64,000 bases of DNA from Vampirovibrionaceae bacterium NZW_1234 (GCA_041697335.1 JBGUGD010000014.1:17910-81909); one strand, 5' to 3'. Shown: positions 1 to 9,369, counted from the first letter of the stretch. The notes: generated from the sequence alone by a model not told the origin. Made by a program: numbers and translations.

Positions 1-2446
1 CTGACTCCGCAAGCATTCGAAAACGTGCTTCACTTTCAGCCAATGCATGCTGGGCCCGAAGTCGCTCTGTCAAATCCGTATGTAAGCCTGACATCCGGAC
101 TGGCAGACCTTGCTCATCCTTGATTACTTTACCCCGAGACCAAACCGTGACATAGGACTGTGTTTTCTTGTTCAGTAAGCGAAATTCAATATCATAAGCC
201 GCACTGGTTTCCATATGTGCCAGTACGGCATCCACCACGCGGGGCTGGTCCTCCGGATGAATCAGCGAAAAGAAATAATCAATTGAAAAGTCCTCTTCCT
301 CCAAACCAATCATGTCACGATATCGTGCATTGGAATAAACAACATTGTTCCCCATATCCCAGTCCCAGATACCATCATTGGATCCCTCAAGAATAAGACG
401 GTATCGCTCTTCAGACTCTTTTAAGGCACGCTCATATTGCTTTTGTTCAGTAATATCAAAACAGGCACCGGTTAAGTAGACGGGTGTCTCGTCATCATCG
501 CGGCGAACAGCACCCTTATCCAAAATCCAGCGAACTTGGCCATCCGGACGTATAATTCGGTATTCCAGGTTGAATTGGCAGTAGTCAGGTTGCTTGCACC
601 GCTCAATCTCTGCCTTGACTGCATCCAACTCATCTTCATGAATTAATTCATAAAAACTTTGAAGTCCCCTAGGACCACTTTCATCAACCCCAAAAAGTTG
701 GTACAGACTACTGTCCCAAACAACATCACCCGTTTGCATATTCCATCGATATGTGCCCATCCCAGCCACATCAATGGCAGCTTGAAGCCGATCCCGACTA
801 TCAATCAAATCTTGTTCCGCCTTCTTTTGCTGCGTTATATCGGCAACCAAGACAAAGAAGCCTTCAACAGAATTGTCCGACGAAAATTTAGGAATATAAT
901 CAGCGTGAATGGTTCTCGTTCCACCCATATGATAGGGTGTGGTCAATTCAAAAGAGACGGTTTCTCCTTGGAGCGCACGAACCATATAGGGCTTTAAGCC
1001 TTCCATGGCTTTTTCACCGAGAACTTCGTAGACCGATTTCCCTAGGATCTGATTAACGGAATATCCAAACCAAACCTCATATGCCTTGTTAGCAAATTGA
1101 TAACACAAGTTCTTATCAATAAAAGAAATGAGAACCGGCAACGCATCTGTTATCAGACGAAGCTGCTCCTCACTGTCCTCTAATGAGGCCTCTGCCCGCT
1201 TTTGATTGGTAATATCTAAAATATAAGCAACCCCAGCCTGTTTGCTTTGGTGGTAATACGCAACAGACAATTGAATATCAATCCGACGTCCATCTTTCGT
1301 AATGTACTGCTTTTCGTAGGGCTCGCACTTGCCGTAGGATTCCATTTGAATAAATGCCCTTTCATCCAGATAGGCGTATTCCGGGGGGGTCATTTCTCGC
1401 CAATTAATGCGTCCCTGCTCCAGTTCTTCACGGCTATACCCTACCATGTCCAAAAACGCATCATTGGCATCGGTAATTTCGCCCGCTTTATTCCAGAACA
1501 CAAACCCCAAAATACCAACTTCCACGACCTGTCGAAATCGTGCCTCAGCCTGGCGTTCACACTGCAATGAAAACAGAGACTGCTCATAAAAATAAATGGC
1601 CATCATAATCACCGTTACAACCAGCGTGAACAATCCAATCGCTGAAAACTCATCGTTTAAGTATATTGACGTCAGCTCACCTAAATTCGCCTGGAAAGAA
1701 GTGTTAATAACGGAATGAAGCCTTAAAATATCCATAAAGCCATCTATCATTAGAAATCCACCAATAACCAGTGCTCCCAATGACAGCCATCGCACCAGAT
1801 TTACAGAAGAAAATAACGGAGAGAAAAGACCACGGCTAGGAATTGTATCAATCAGAAGTATCAAGCTAAAGAGCAAGTATCCCAGTGAGGACGGTATGCT
1901 CATGTAAGAGGCGTAGAGCATAGGAATATCATTAATGTGACCAAGAAGGGCGAAGGAGTGAATACATAATAGGAGTAGGGCCGGGATGCCAACTCCAAAT
2001 ACTTGAACCAGATAAACGCGCCCAAAATAGCGACACGTTAGAGCGATACAGCTCAAAACTAAACTAATTGCACCGATAAGTGTCATTCCCCACCAGGTCA
2101 TTCGCTGTGTCAGTAAAAGTTCCAAATGAAACCCAACTTGCATCATCAGTGCGGTTAAAAAGTAGAGTCCAATCGACCAAGTGACTACTAATGAGCCAAT
2201 CTGCAAACAAGCTTGTCTGCAAGGAGTTTGAGCTCGAGGTATTGTCAGAATCAAAAGGCCGGTAATGCTTAGCGAAACAAGGGCATAGGCAGTGGGTAAC
2301 AGAATAGGAGTACTTGTCCCCAAACTGCGTAAGTTAGGAATATCAAAATAATGCCCAATCAGACCCAAAAACCCAATAGCAAGAACCAGACCAAGTAAAA
2401 CCCGATTCAGTAATAAGATGTTCTCCTTCTGAAATGCAGATAGCAT
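1..2446 (-). CDS. Membrane-anchored multi-PAS sensor protein, partial: the N-terminus is in the window and the C-terminus runs off the left edge
   Basis: Reverse-strand translation from ATG (complement 2444..2446) gives MLSAFQKENILLLNRVLLGLVLAIGFLGL... with about 8 hydrophobic TM segments. At least four PAS/PAC-like units follow (e.g. ...GEITDANDAFLDMVGYSREELEQGRINW..., ...DKNLCYQFANKAYEVWFGYS..., ...VVWDSSLYQLFGVDE..., ...NNVVYSNARYRDMIGLEEE...). The frame stays open to position 1, so the output domain is not visible. The gene is absent from the ORF track because there is no stop codon in the window. Confidence 0.75.
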   Translation of the reverse strand, partial: MLSAFQKENILLLNRVLLGLVLAIGFLGLIGHYFDIPNLRSLGTSTPILLPTAYALVSLSITGLLILTIPRAQTPCRQACLQIGSLVVTWSIGLYFLTALMMQVGFHLELLLTQRMTWWGMTLIGAISLVLSCIALTCRYFGRVYLVQVFGVGIPALLLLCIHSFALLGHINDIPMLYASYMSIPSSLGYLLFSLILLIDTIPSRGLFSPLFSSVNLVRWLSLGALVIGGFLMIDGFMDILRLHSVINTSFQANLGELTSIYLNDEFSAIGLFTLVVTVIMMAIYFYEQSLFSLQCERQAEARFRQVVEVGILGFVFWNKAGEITDANDAFLDMVGYSREELEQGRINWREMTPPEYAYLDERAFIQMESYGKCEPYEKQYITKDGRRIDIQLSVAYYHQSKQAGVAYILDITNQKRAEASLEDSEEQLRLITDALPVLISFIDKNLCYQFANKAYEVWFGYSVNQILGKSVYEVLGEKAMEGLKPYMVRALQGETVSFELTTPYHMGGTRTIHADYIPKFSSDNSVEGFFVLVADITQQKKAEQDLIDSRDRLQAAIDVAGMGTYRWNMQTGDVVWDSSLYQLFGVDESGPRGLQSFYELIHEDELDAVKAEIERCKQPDYCQFNLEYRIIRPDGQVRWILDKGAVRRDDDETPVYLTGACFDITEQKQYERALKESEERYRLILEGSNDGIWDWDMGNNVVYSNARYRDMIGLEEEDFSIDYFFSLIHPEDQPRVVDAVLAHMETSAAYDIEFRLLNKKTQSYVTVWSRGKVIKDEQGLPVRMSGLHTDLTERLRAQHALAESEARFRMLAES

Positions 2447-2930
2447 CGCCACTGAGGATGTCGTCCTGAGAGCTTGGGTCGTTTGTGCAACAGGCGAACT
2501 GTCCTGCCTTAACCCAAACTGATTGGCGTTCTCCCCAATTGATTCTCTATGCTTGTTCAATACTGACTTCACTGATCAGCCTGTTCTCATGGGTTTTGTA
2601 TGGGTTTATTTAATCTACTAAGCCTAAAGCTTTTAACTGCTTAGGATATAACAACCTTCCCTCTTATGGAGCCGAAATGAAAACAGTTCATTCTGCAACA
2701 AACCTAGCCAGCCAGGTATTAGCCAGTTGGGTATTTTGTTTTTTACGCCTAAAGCCTGATCACATAAACACAAGAAAATAAATAATCAGAATTACAAATC
2801 CAGTTCTCACTCATCAGCTATTTTCTGTTCCAGCGTCCCGTGCTTTGAGCTAAGACTTATCGAAAACATGCACATATAACCCTTGAGGCGTTTTTCATAC
2901 AGTATCCTCTAGATTGTCTTCTTCCTGAAT

Positions 2931-3653
2931 ATGGATTCTGCCTATATTATGATATACCGTTCTATGCCATGGCCCATTGGCCGTGATGTTCGCAACACAC
3001 CATTCTTGAAATTTTCTTCACAACAGCCCTCCTCATCCTCTTCGGAATTCACCAGAGCTATGGCTTTACCACGTGGCACTTATTACACTCCCAAAACCAC
3101 ACGCATGCGGCACGAAGAAGTTATTATGATCGGCATGGATCAAACGGCTATCACAAATGCCACCAGCGAAGTTCCAATTATCGGGACCAGAAGCTTGAAC
3201 CCTTGCTACGCCATTATTCTATTCAATCGCACTACCCGAACTGCAATCATGCGTCATCAACCCAGCCCCCCACCAGAAACATTCAATACCTTGATGACAT
3301 TGGTCCGCAAGGACCCCCGAGATAGAGTTGAAGTTCATCTTATTGGAGGCACCCCCAGCGATGATCCCGACCTGAATGAGCGAGCAAAAGACAACACGGA
3401 TCGACTCAACACTCTATATAACTTGGTTACGGCCATTGACAACACAAATAATACCGTTCTTAAGACCTGTGATTGCTATGACAAGCCGAAACCGATTGCT
3501 GTCGCCATCGATAGCAGAAATGGGCGCCTTATTCGAGGCTCAGATTTTTTCATTACACCTGAAGAAGGTGATAAAACCTTTGACTGTTTTCAAGATTACG
3601 GCTACATTAGCGATACTGTCGAAGTCTTTGACGGTACCATTCCCGAATATTAA
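2931..3653 (+). CDS. Hypothetical protein
   Basis: 240-aa ORF with no motif I recognise. Start codon uncertain; an internal Met at MALPRG... is plausible. Confidence 0.3.
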   Translation: MDSAYIMIYRSMPWPIGRDVRNTPFLKFSSQQPSSSSSEFTRAMALPRGTYYTPKTTRMRHEEVIMIGMDQTAITNATSEVPIIGTRSLNPCYAIILFNRTTRTAIMRHQPSPPPETFNTLMTLVRKDPRDRVEVHLIGGTPSDDPDLNERAKDNTDRLNTLYNLVTAIDNTNNTVLKTCDCYDKPKPIAVAIDSRNGRLIRGSDFFITPEEGDKTFDCFQDYGYISDTVEVFDGTIPEY

Positions 3654-3756
3654 CTCTTTTCAAGCCTTCGAACTGATATTTCCTTATTAGGGTCGCTATT
3701 ACAAGGTAACATTCCTTAACCAATTCGTTGGTTCATGGCAATTTCAAAGATTTCCA

Positions 3757-5571
3757 TTGTTTATATATATTATATACAAGCTCCGCTTTGGCGATGCCTC
3801 AGGTAGGTCTTTGAAGGGTTCAATTGTGATTAGCACCAAAGATCTTCTCCTATTTTCCGCAATTCAAAATTTCTCTCGTTCGTCACGAGGGGGAATCTAT
3901 CGTGGGGTAGATGACTCAGGCTCATCTTCAAACAATCCATTCACAACCCTCATCTTCTTGTCGTTTTTAAAGAAATCCAAATCCACCCCAGTCAGTACAA
4001 GCCCCTTTGGCTCGCTCAATCTCCCCTTGAGCAGTGGTGGAAACACGCTCATCATTGGCGGTAATGGCGGGTTGAATTTAGGAGGATACGGCTACTGGAA
4101 TGGCTACGGCCTACCAAGCCAACCCCCAGGCGTGTGCTCCCAACCCGTGTATCCATCCCCTTGCAACACGGTTTGTCTCCCACCGCAACCTACACCGTTG
4201 CCAAGCCCATCACCCACGCCACTGCCACTCCCCACACCAACTCCAGTGCCAGCTCCAGTACCAGTCCCAACACCCGCTCCCACACCAACTCCAACGCCTG
4301 CCACACCCGTTGACCCTTCATCGATACTGGATTTTGCCCCCGTGCTGGTTGGCCGTCAGGCCAATAACAATTTGAATTACACCAATATCGATTCCACCTT
4401 TAACTCGAGTGAGAGCACCCTCAGTAAGACCTACGCTCTCAGCAATTCGCCCTGGGGCGCCAACTACCGTTCTCCTTATATGTATCAGGCCTATCAAGAG
4501 CAAGTCGATTTCTATGCAATGATGGGCCGTAATTTCGACCAAATTGATACCAATCGCGACGGACTGGCATCGGCTTCAGAAATCATGGCACTCGCTGCGA
4601 GATCTGGAAATACAACCAGTATTGAGGCTTCGGACTTTACCCCCGGAACAGCGCCTGCGGATATGACGCCTGTTCCCGTAGGTATTCATGCCCAAACCGG
4701 CGCCATTTTATTTAATGCTACAGCTAATCTTCAAGGAGGTTCATTAGCACCGACACCGAGCCTCAATAAAGCGTACTTTGAAAATCGAAGCCAAGACATC
4801 TTACTCTGGCAAAACTATAATAAATTTCTCTATAGTATCGGAGTCACGTTTGATCACTGGGATACCAATCGAGACGGCAGGTTAAGCAAAGCCGAGCTGG
4901 ATGCTGTTGCAGCCCGCTCAGGTGATCCAACCCGCATTGAAAAATCAGACTTGTTGGGTGCTTCAACGACTCAAACGAACAATACCGGATTCATCCAGTT
5001 CAACCCTGCTAACGTTGGCACCGATCAATTTGGCCAAGTGCAAATTAGCGGTATTTCTCTCGGTGCCAACCAACTGACCACAACGCTGATTGGCCAGTAT
5101 AATGCAACCCCCTGGCAAGAGAGTCAAAATATCACCAACATGTACAGCACTCTCTTCCAGAATTTTAGCCAAGTGGATACCAATAACGACGGTGTTCTCA
5201 GCAGAGCAGAACTCTCAGCCTTTACCGCCAAGTCTGGGGACACAACCAAGTTGGAGGTCACAGATTTTACCCCCGGTACTGTAACGCAGACATTTACCGG
5301 TGTTACCATAAGTTCGAGCAATGATGGGCTTATTTCAATTAATGGCGCCCCTATGTTCGGAACGGACTTCCAGATAACCCGCACAAATCTTCAACAGCGC
5401 CTAAGCGAGTCTGAAAACGGGACCAACTTCAGAAAAATCATGTATAACCTGGGACAAGTAACAAACCGAGTGGATACAAACGGTGATGGCACGCTCAGCC
5501 TTGCTGAACTGAACGCCTTTAAAGCCAGAGCCGGAGATATCACCAAACTGGATTTTGCAGACTTTGCCTGA
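3757..5571 (+). CDS. Large Pro/Thr-linker protein with four EF-hand-like (dockerin-like) Ca-binding repeats
   Basis: PTPLPSPSPTPLPLPTPTPVPAPVPVPTPAPTPTPTP linker, then four spaced repeats matching the 12-residue EF-hand loop: DTNRDGLASASE, DTNRDGRLSKAE, DTNNDGVLSRAE, DTNGDGTLSLAE. Each is followed by a conserved A(A/K)(R/K)SGDxTxIExSDFTPGT tail. No clear signal peptide at the annotated Met, so the start is uncertain. Confidence 0.6.
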   Translation: MFIYIIYKLRFGDASGRSLKGSIVISTKDLLLFSAIQNFSRSSRGGIYRGVDDSGSSSNNPFTTLIFLSFLKKSKSTPVSTSPFGSLNLPLSSGGNTLIIGGNGGLNLGGYGYWNGYGLPSQPPGVCSQPVYPSPCNTVCLPPQPTPLPSPSPTPLPLPTPTPVPAPVPVPTPAPTPTPTPATPVDPSSILDFAPVLVGRQANNNLNYTNIDSTFNSSESTLSKTYALSNSPWGANYRSPYMYQAYQEQVDFYAMMGRNFDQIDTNRDGLASASEIMALAARSGNTTSIEASDFTPGTAPADMTPVPVGIHAQTGAILFNATANLQGGSLAPTPSLNKAYFENRSQDILLWQNYNKFLYSIGVTFDHWDTNRDGRLSKAELDAVAARSGDPTRIEKSDLLGASTTQTNNTGFIQFNPANVGTDQFGQVQISGISLGANQLTTTLIGQYNATPWQESQNITNMYSTLFQNFSQVDTNNDGVLSRAELSAFTAKSGDTTKLEVTDFTPGTVTQTFTGVTISSSNDGLISINGAPMFGTDFQITRTNLQQRLSESENGTNFRKIMYNLGQVTNRVDTNGDGTLSLAELNAFKARAGDITKLDFADFA

Positions 5572-5728
5572 TTCAGACCGGCATTGCGGTTATAAATAAT
5601 TACCCAATGTAACGCGTCTAAAACTATATATTTGACAGCAGCTATACTTTTTCATACAATCAACCGGTTGGGAATTTTATGTGATAGGACGTTTATGCCG
5701 TTCCCCATGAGCCGGCATAACACTAGGT

Positions 5729-6541
5729 ATGGGAGATAATACAATGAAGCTAACCCCGATTCGCTTTGGGGCCATTGCGGTGACCAATGCAACGGTTTCG
5801 AGACAGCAAACTTCACTGGTTACTTTGGGACGTAATACCCAGGCAAATGCAAAGGCCAGCAAAGAGACGAAAATTCAAGTAACTTTGAAAGCATCTGAGG
5901 ACAAGGATCTGGTGTTTAAAACCATCCCTGGCCTACAACCAGGTGCATTAAGAGAGGAACCCATCACGTTAACCTTTTTTCAAAAAGACGGTTCACTTTC
6001 TGTCCAATCCACCTTCAAGGAAGACAAAAAAGCTGTTGTAGGTCAGGAAATTGTCGGCTATAAAGATGTTTTCAAAGGTTATGAAACAGTACAAGCGGGC
6101 TTACCCGCTTGCTGGGAAGGCCCTGTTCCTGAACCCTACGAGCAGCCGGTCTATGAGCGAGAGCCAATCTATGGGCCAAAGATGGGAATTCAACGACAAG
6201 ACAGCCACAAGACAATTGCTCTGGATACTCCTGAAGCATTCCAAGATTTACTGACGCTAACCGAGCAGATTCCGCTGGATAAATCCATCAAGGGTCCCAT
6301 TAAAAAGTTACTTTCTCATACATTCAAGGCTTTTGCCGATCAGAAAGCCAAAGCACTGGAAGCCGAACTGGCTGCACTGGGAGAAAGTAAAGCGGGTGCG
6401 CTGGAAAAATTGAAGCAGGATAAGGCCAGGGAATTAGCAGAACAAACTCGTCAGCTCACAGAAAGCCATGACACAAAGACAAAAAGCCTGAGCAGCACAC
6501 AGGAACTCTTAGCTGCACTCAAAAAGAAACTGCTTCGTTGA
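5729..6541 (+). CDS. Hypothetical protein with C-terminal coiled-coil
   Basis: 270 aa. The C-terminus KAKALEAELAALGESKAGALEKLKQDKARELAEQTRQL is heptad-like. No catalytic motif recognised. Confidence 0.4.
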   Translation: MGDNTMKLTPIRFGAIAVTNATVSRQQTSLVTLGRNTQANAKASKETKIQVTLKASEDKDLVFKTIPGLQPGALREEPITLTFFQKDGSLSVQSTFKEDKKAVVGQEIVGYKDVFKGYETVQAGLPACWEGPVPEPYEQPVYEREPIYGPKMGIQRQDSHKTIALDTPEAFQDLLTLTEQIPLDKSIKGPIKKLLSHTFKAFADQKAKALEAELAALGESKAGALEKLKQDKARELAEQTRQLTESHDTKTKSLSSTQELLAALKKKLLR

Positions 6542-6571
6542 TTCTGATTGCATCTTTTTAAATTAAAACCA

Positions 6572-6653
6572 GTATCGGGTAGACATGACAGAATCCCTCC
6601 TGATTCGACGTCATGTCTGCCTCAGATTCTGAAAAAGCGATACCGACCTAGAA
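6572..6653. terminator. Long imperfect inverted repeat between convergent genes (possible bidirectional terminator or RNA structure)
   Basis: agacatgac (6581..6589) pairs with gtcatgtct (6610..6618), and the outer gtatcg (6572..6577) pairs with cgatac (6648..6653). It lies between the + gene ending at 6541 and the - gene ending at 6662. No clean U-tract on either strand. Confidence 0.3.
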
Positions 6654-6661
6654 CAGAACTC

Positions 6662-7462
6662 TTAGGCTGTCTGAAGATTCCGACCCGGTTTCAACCGTCT
6701 GACTGCGGCTGATAGGGATGCATAATCTTGCATCTTGTCATGGGCCAATAGCGACAAGAGCGAGTAGATACGCTTGTTGGTTGCATCCTTGCCACCCGGC
6801 AATGCCAGATCTTCGTCAATAAAAGTAATGTATCTGGGGTCTTCCAAGCGATCAGTCGTACCGGTCAGCGTCACCGCATGAATATCGCTTGGTGCCTTGG
6901 GATGAAGCATGAATTGGGCTGAACGCAAATAGTTGTATAGGTGCTCGGGAGACCTCTCCAGATCTTTTTGAATAAACTCAAAATATGTCTGCCCATGGCG
7001 AATTTCATCATCGGCAATGAGGGTAAATATGTCCTTCCCAACCGGCTCGTCCAGCCAATTGGCCATACTGCGATACCAATTCGCCAAACGGTGTTCGCTC
7101 AGAAAATGGATCATCAAAATGTTTTCTTTGCTGCTCGGTGGAATACTCATGCGAAGAGCCTGGAATTCGGCCTCCGGAATTTCGATACCCAGATGCGAAA
7201 GGTATTTCTTCAGCACCAGGCAATGCTTCATTTCCTCGTAATACCACACAGAAACATAGCAGGAAAAATCGATGTCATCGTAGAAATCCCGAATAAATGA
7301 TTCTGCGGCAAATAACGACCCAATTTCCGTCTTACAGATATGGTGAATCAAATTGGTTTGCTCCTGGCTAATTCGTGTCGGATCAATTTGATCCCACTGA
7401 ATATCTGTACCAAGATTCCATCGGACCTTTTCTAATTTATCAAAGAATTTCTCATACAGCAT
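6662..7462 (-). CDS. Soluble diiron-carboxylate (ferritin-like) protein, acyl-ACP desaturase-like
   Basis: Two E...ExxH motifs typical of soluble acyl-ACP desaturases (EENRHG / DExRH): VWYYEEMKHC and ADDEIRHGQTY. I trimmed the start to Met-72 of the track ORF (MLYEKFFDKLEKV...), because the longer ORF 6662..7675 overlaps the helicase by 224 bp. Confidence 0.5.
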   Translation of the reverse strand: MLYEKFFDKLEKVRWNLGTDIQWDQIDPTRISQEQTNLIHHICKTEIGSLFAAESFIRDFYDDIDFSCYVSVWYYEEMKHCLVLKKYLSHLGIEIPEAEFQALRMSIPPSSKENILMIHFLSEHRLANWYRSMANWLDEPVGKDIFTLIADDEIRHGQTYFEFIQKDLERSPEHLYNYLRSAQFMLHPKAPSDIHAVTLTGTTDRLEDPRYITFIDEDLALPGGKDATNKRIYSLLSLLAHDKMQDYASLSAAVRRLKPGRNLQTA

Positions 7463-8753
7463 ACGCTTTTCCCCGCTTCTCCTGTGGGTTGTTCGGATTG
7501 TTTTTAGGATTGCCAGGCTTATGAGAACGACCTTTGGCACCATTCTTAGACCGATGCCGATCGGGACGCCCGGTAGAATTTTGATTGGCTTGATTCCCTC
7601 CGAACGAGCGCCTGCGTCGACTGCCATTGGATGACTGTGGACGCGTCGGCACTTGCGACGGATCACCGTTGGCATTCATCAGATCTTGGTATTGTGTTGC
7701 AGAAACAAAGGTAAAGGCTTGCCCCGTCTTACCGGCACGACCCGTTCGTCCGATACGGTGCATGTAGTTTTCTGTATTTTCAGGCAAATCATAGTTAAAT
7801 ACGGCTTGCACATTCTGCACATCAATCCCCCGTGCCGCAACATCAGTCGCCACCAGGAAATGAAAGGCCCCACGACGGAAACGTCCCATCACTTTGTCTC
7901 GCTTCACCTGGGACATTCCTCCATGTAGGCCTTCAGCTCGATAGCCTGCAGATTTCAGGCTTTCAGCCAACTGATCCACTTGACGCTTGGTATTGCAAAA
8001 TACTAAACCCAACTTGAACTGATGGGCATCAATCAATTTGGTCAGGGCCTCAAACTTGGTTCTCGAATTCACCTGGATATATTCCTGCTGAATTCGAGAG
8101 ACATCTTCCTGCGGGGTTTCGATACGGATGTGTTCAGGATTGGTCTGGTACTGGCGTGTCAGCTCAATAATGGCCTTCGGCATCGTTGCAGAGAACAAGA
8201 CCATTTGCCGCTCTTGTGGAATATGGCACAAGATTGATTCGATATCTTCACGAAAGCCCATATCCAGCATCTCATCAGCCTCATCCAAAACAACAGTCTG
8301 CACAGCACTGACGTTAATGGTATCACGCCATAAGTGATCAAGCATACGCCCCGGTGTGGCTACTATCACCTGAGGCCGACTCTGCAAGGCCAGAAGTTGT
8401 CTGTCCATAGGTTGGCCCCCGTAGACAGAGACAATAGAAATACCTTTTTTAAATTTGACCAGCTTACGAAACTCTTCGGTCACCTGGAGCGCCAGCTCAC
8501 GAGTTGGACATAAAACCAGGGCTTGAGCCTCTCTGCGGGACACATCAAGGCGTTCAATAATCGGTATTGCAAACGCTGCAGTTTTACCAGTACCCGTCTG
8601 CGCCTGACCAATAATATCTTTGTTTTCCAGCAGGTGCGGAATCGCCTCTGCCTGAATAGGCGATGGGGCTGTAAATTTCATGGCCTCAAGGGCACGGTTC
8701 AATTCGGGACTGAGCCCCAATGATTCAAACGTTAACATACGTTCGTTCTCCAA
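7452..8753 (-). CDS. DEAD-box ATP-dependent RNA helicase with RG-rich basic C-terminal tail
   Basis: Motif I AQTGTGKT, Ia PTRELA, II VLDEADEMLDMGF, III SAT, VI HRIGRTGRAG. The C-terminus RRRRSFGGNQANQNSTGRPDRHRSKNGAKGRSHKPGNPKNNP resembles the DeaD/RhlE/CrhR-type tail. Confidence 0.9.
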   Translation of the reverse strand: MENERMLTFESLGLSPELNRALEAMKFTAPSPIQAEAIPHLLENKDIIGQAQTGTGKTAAFAIPIIERLDVSRREAQALVLCPTRELALQVTEEFRKLVKFKKGISIVSVYGGQPMDRQLLALQSRPQVIVATPGRMLDHLWRDTINVSAVQTVVLDEADEMLDMGFREDIESILCHIPQERQMVLFSATMPKAIIELTRQYQTNPEHIRIETPQEDVSRIQQEYIQVNSRTKFEALTKLIDAHQFKLGLVFCNTKRQVDQLAESLKSAGYRAEGLHGGMSQVKRDKVMGRFRRGAFHFLVATDVAARGIDVQNVQAVFNYDLPENTENYMHRIGRTGRAGKTGQAFTFVSATQYQDLMNANGDPSQVPTRPQSSNGSRRRRSFGGNQANQNSTGRPDRHRSKNGAKGRSHKPGNPKNNPNNPQEKRGKAYAV

Positions 8754-8887
8754 ATTATGTCATTACTGTCGAGAAATATGCGTTTCAAGTGCTCTTAAGA
8801 CAGCAATGACAGGTTGGAAGGAACAGTATGTCTAAAAGAACTTGAAGTAAAGCGAGTATCCAAGTGGATACTCGCTTTTTCACAGAA

Positions 8888-9040
8888 ATTATTCTGCAGG
8901 AACCTGGGCAGGTGCGCTACCTGATGCCCGGTTACCACCACCGCCGCCGCGGCTACGTCCGAAAGCTGGTTTCTTGCGATACTTTCGAGCGTTTTCTTTG
9001 TTTCGAAGCGCTTTTTCCTTTTTCTGATTATTTTTGGCCA
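8888..9040 (-). CDS. Small basic RGG-containing peptide (50 aa), not in the supplied ORF track
   Basis: Manual reverse-strand translation: MAKNNQKKEKALRNKENARKYRKKPAFGRSRGGGGGNRASGSAPAQVPAE*. A GGGGG-containing Shine-Dalgarno-like sequence sits about 8 nt upstream, and the ORF starts 12 nt after the stop of the zinc-ribbon gene. The 95-aa track ORF 8795..9082, in another frame, looks non-coding. Confidence 0.35.
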
Positions 9041-9051
9041 TCTACAACCCC

Positions 9052-9369
9052 CTAGTAAGAGGATTGGTAGCAATCCCGGCAATAGACAGGTTTGGCACCA
9101 CTAGGTTGGAAAGGAACTTGGGTCTGCACACCGCAACCAGAGCAGACAGCGGGGTACATCTGACGCTGAGGGCGACCGCCGCCACCATAGCCACCGCCGT
9201 AGCCACCACGACCGCCACCACGGGCTTGCTTGGCAGCATCACGGCAAGGCTTGCACTTGCGTGGCTCTTGAAACCCTTTGGATTGATAAAACTCTTGTTC
9301 TTCAACGCTGAAGGTGAAGTCGCTACCACATGACGAGCATTGGATTTGCTTTTCGGTCAACATGTTCAA
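9052..9369 (-). CDS. Double zinc-ribbon protein with central GGY/RGG low-complexity linker
   Basis: CSSCG...CKPC and CSGCG...CRDC pairs flank ARGGGRGGYGGGYGGGGRPQ. An AAGAGG SD sits upstream. It is co-oriented with, and tightly linked to, the small basic ORF and the helicase. Confidence 0.6.
   Translation of the reverse strand: MNMLTEKQIQCSSCGSDFTFSVEEQEFYQSKGFQEPRKCKPCRDAAKQARGGGRGGYGGGYGGGGRPQRQMYPAVCSGCGVQTQVPFQPSGAKPVYCRDCYQSSY

Noticed and set aside
4104-4304. Minus-strand ORF encoding GVGVGAGVGTGTGAGTGVG repeats
   Set aside because: It is the antisense reading of the Pro/Thr linker of the EF-hand protein, a mirror-image low-complexity artefact.
6662-7675. 337-aa track ORF overlapping the 3' end of the DEAD-box helicase gene by 224 bp
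   Set aside because: The first 71 residues (MPTVIRRKCRRVHSH...) are read antisense to the helicase RG-rich tail and look non-protein-like. An internal Met at 7462 gives a compact 266-aa diiron protein that starts 10 nt after the helicase stop.
8795-9082. 95-aa track ORF between the helicase and zinc-ribbon genes
   Set aside because: The sequence is non-protein-like. A different frame on the same strand encodes a well-formed 50-aa basic peptide with an SD, which I preferred.
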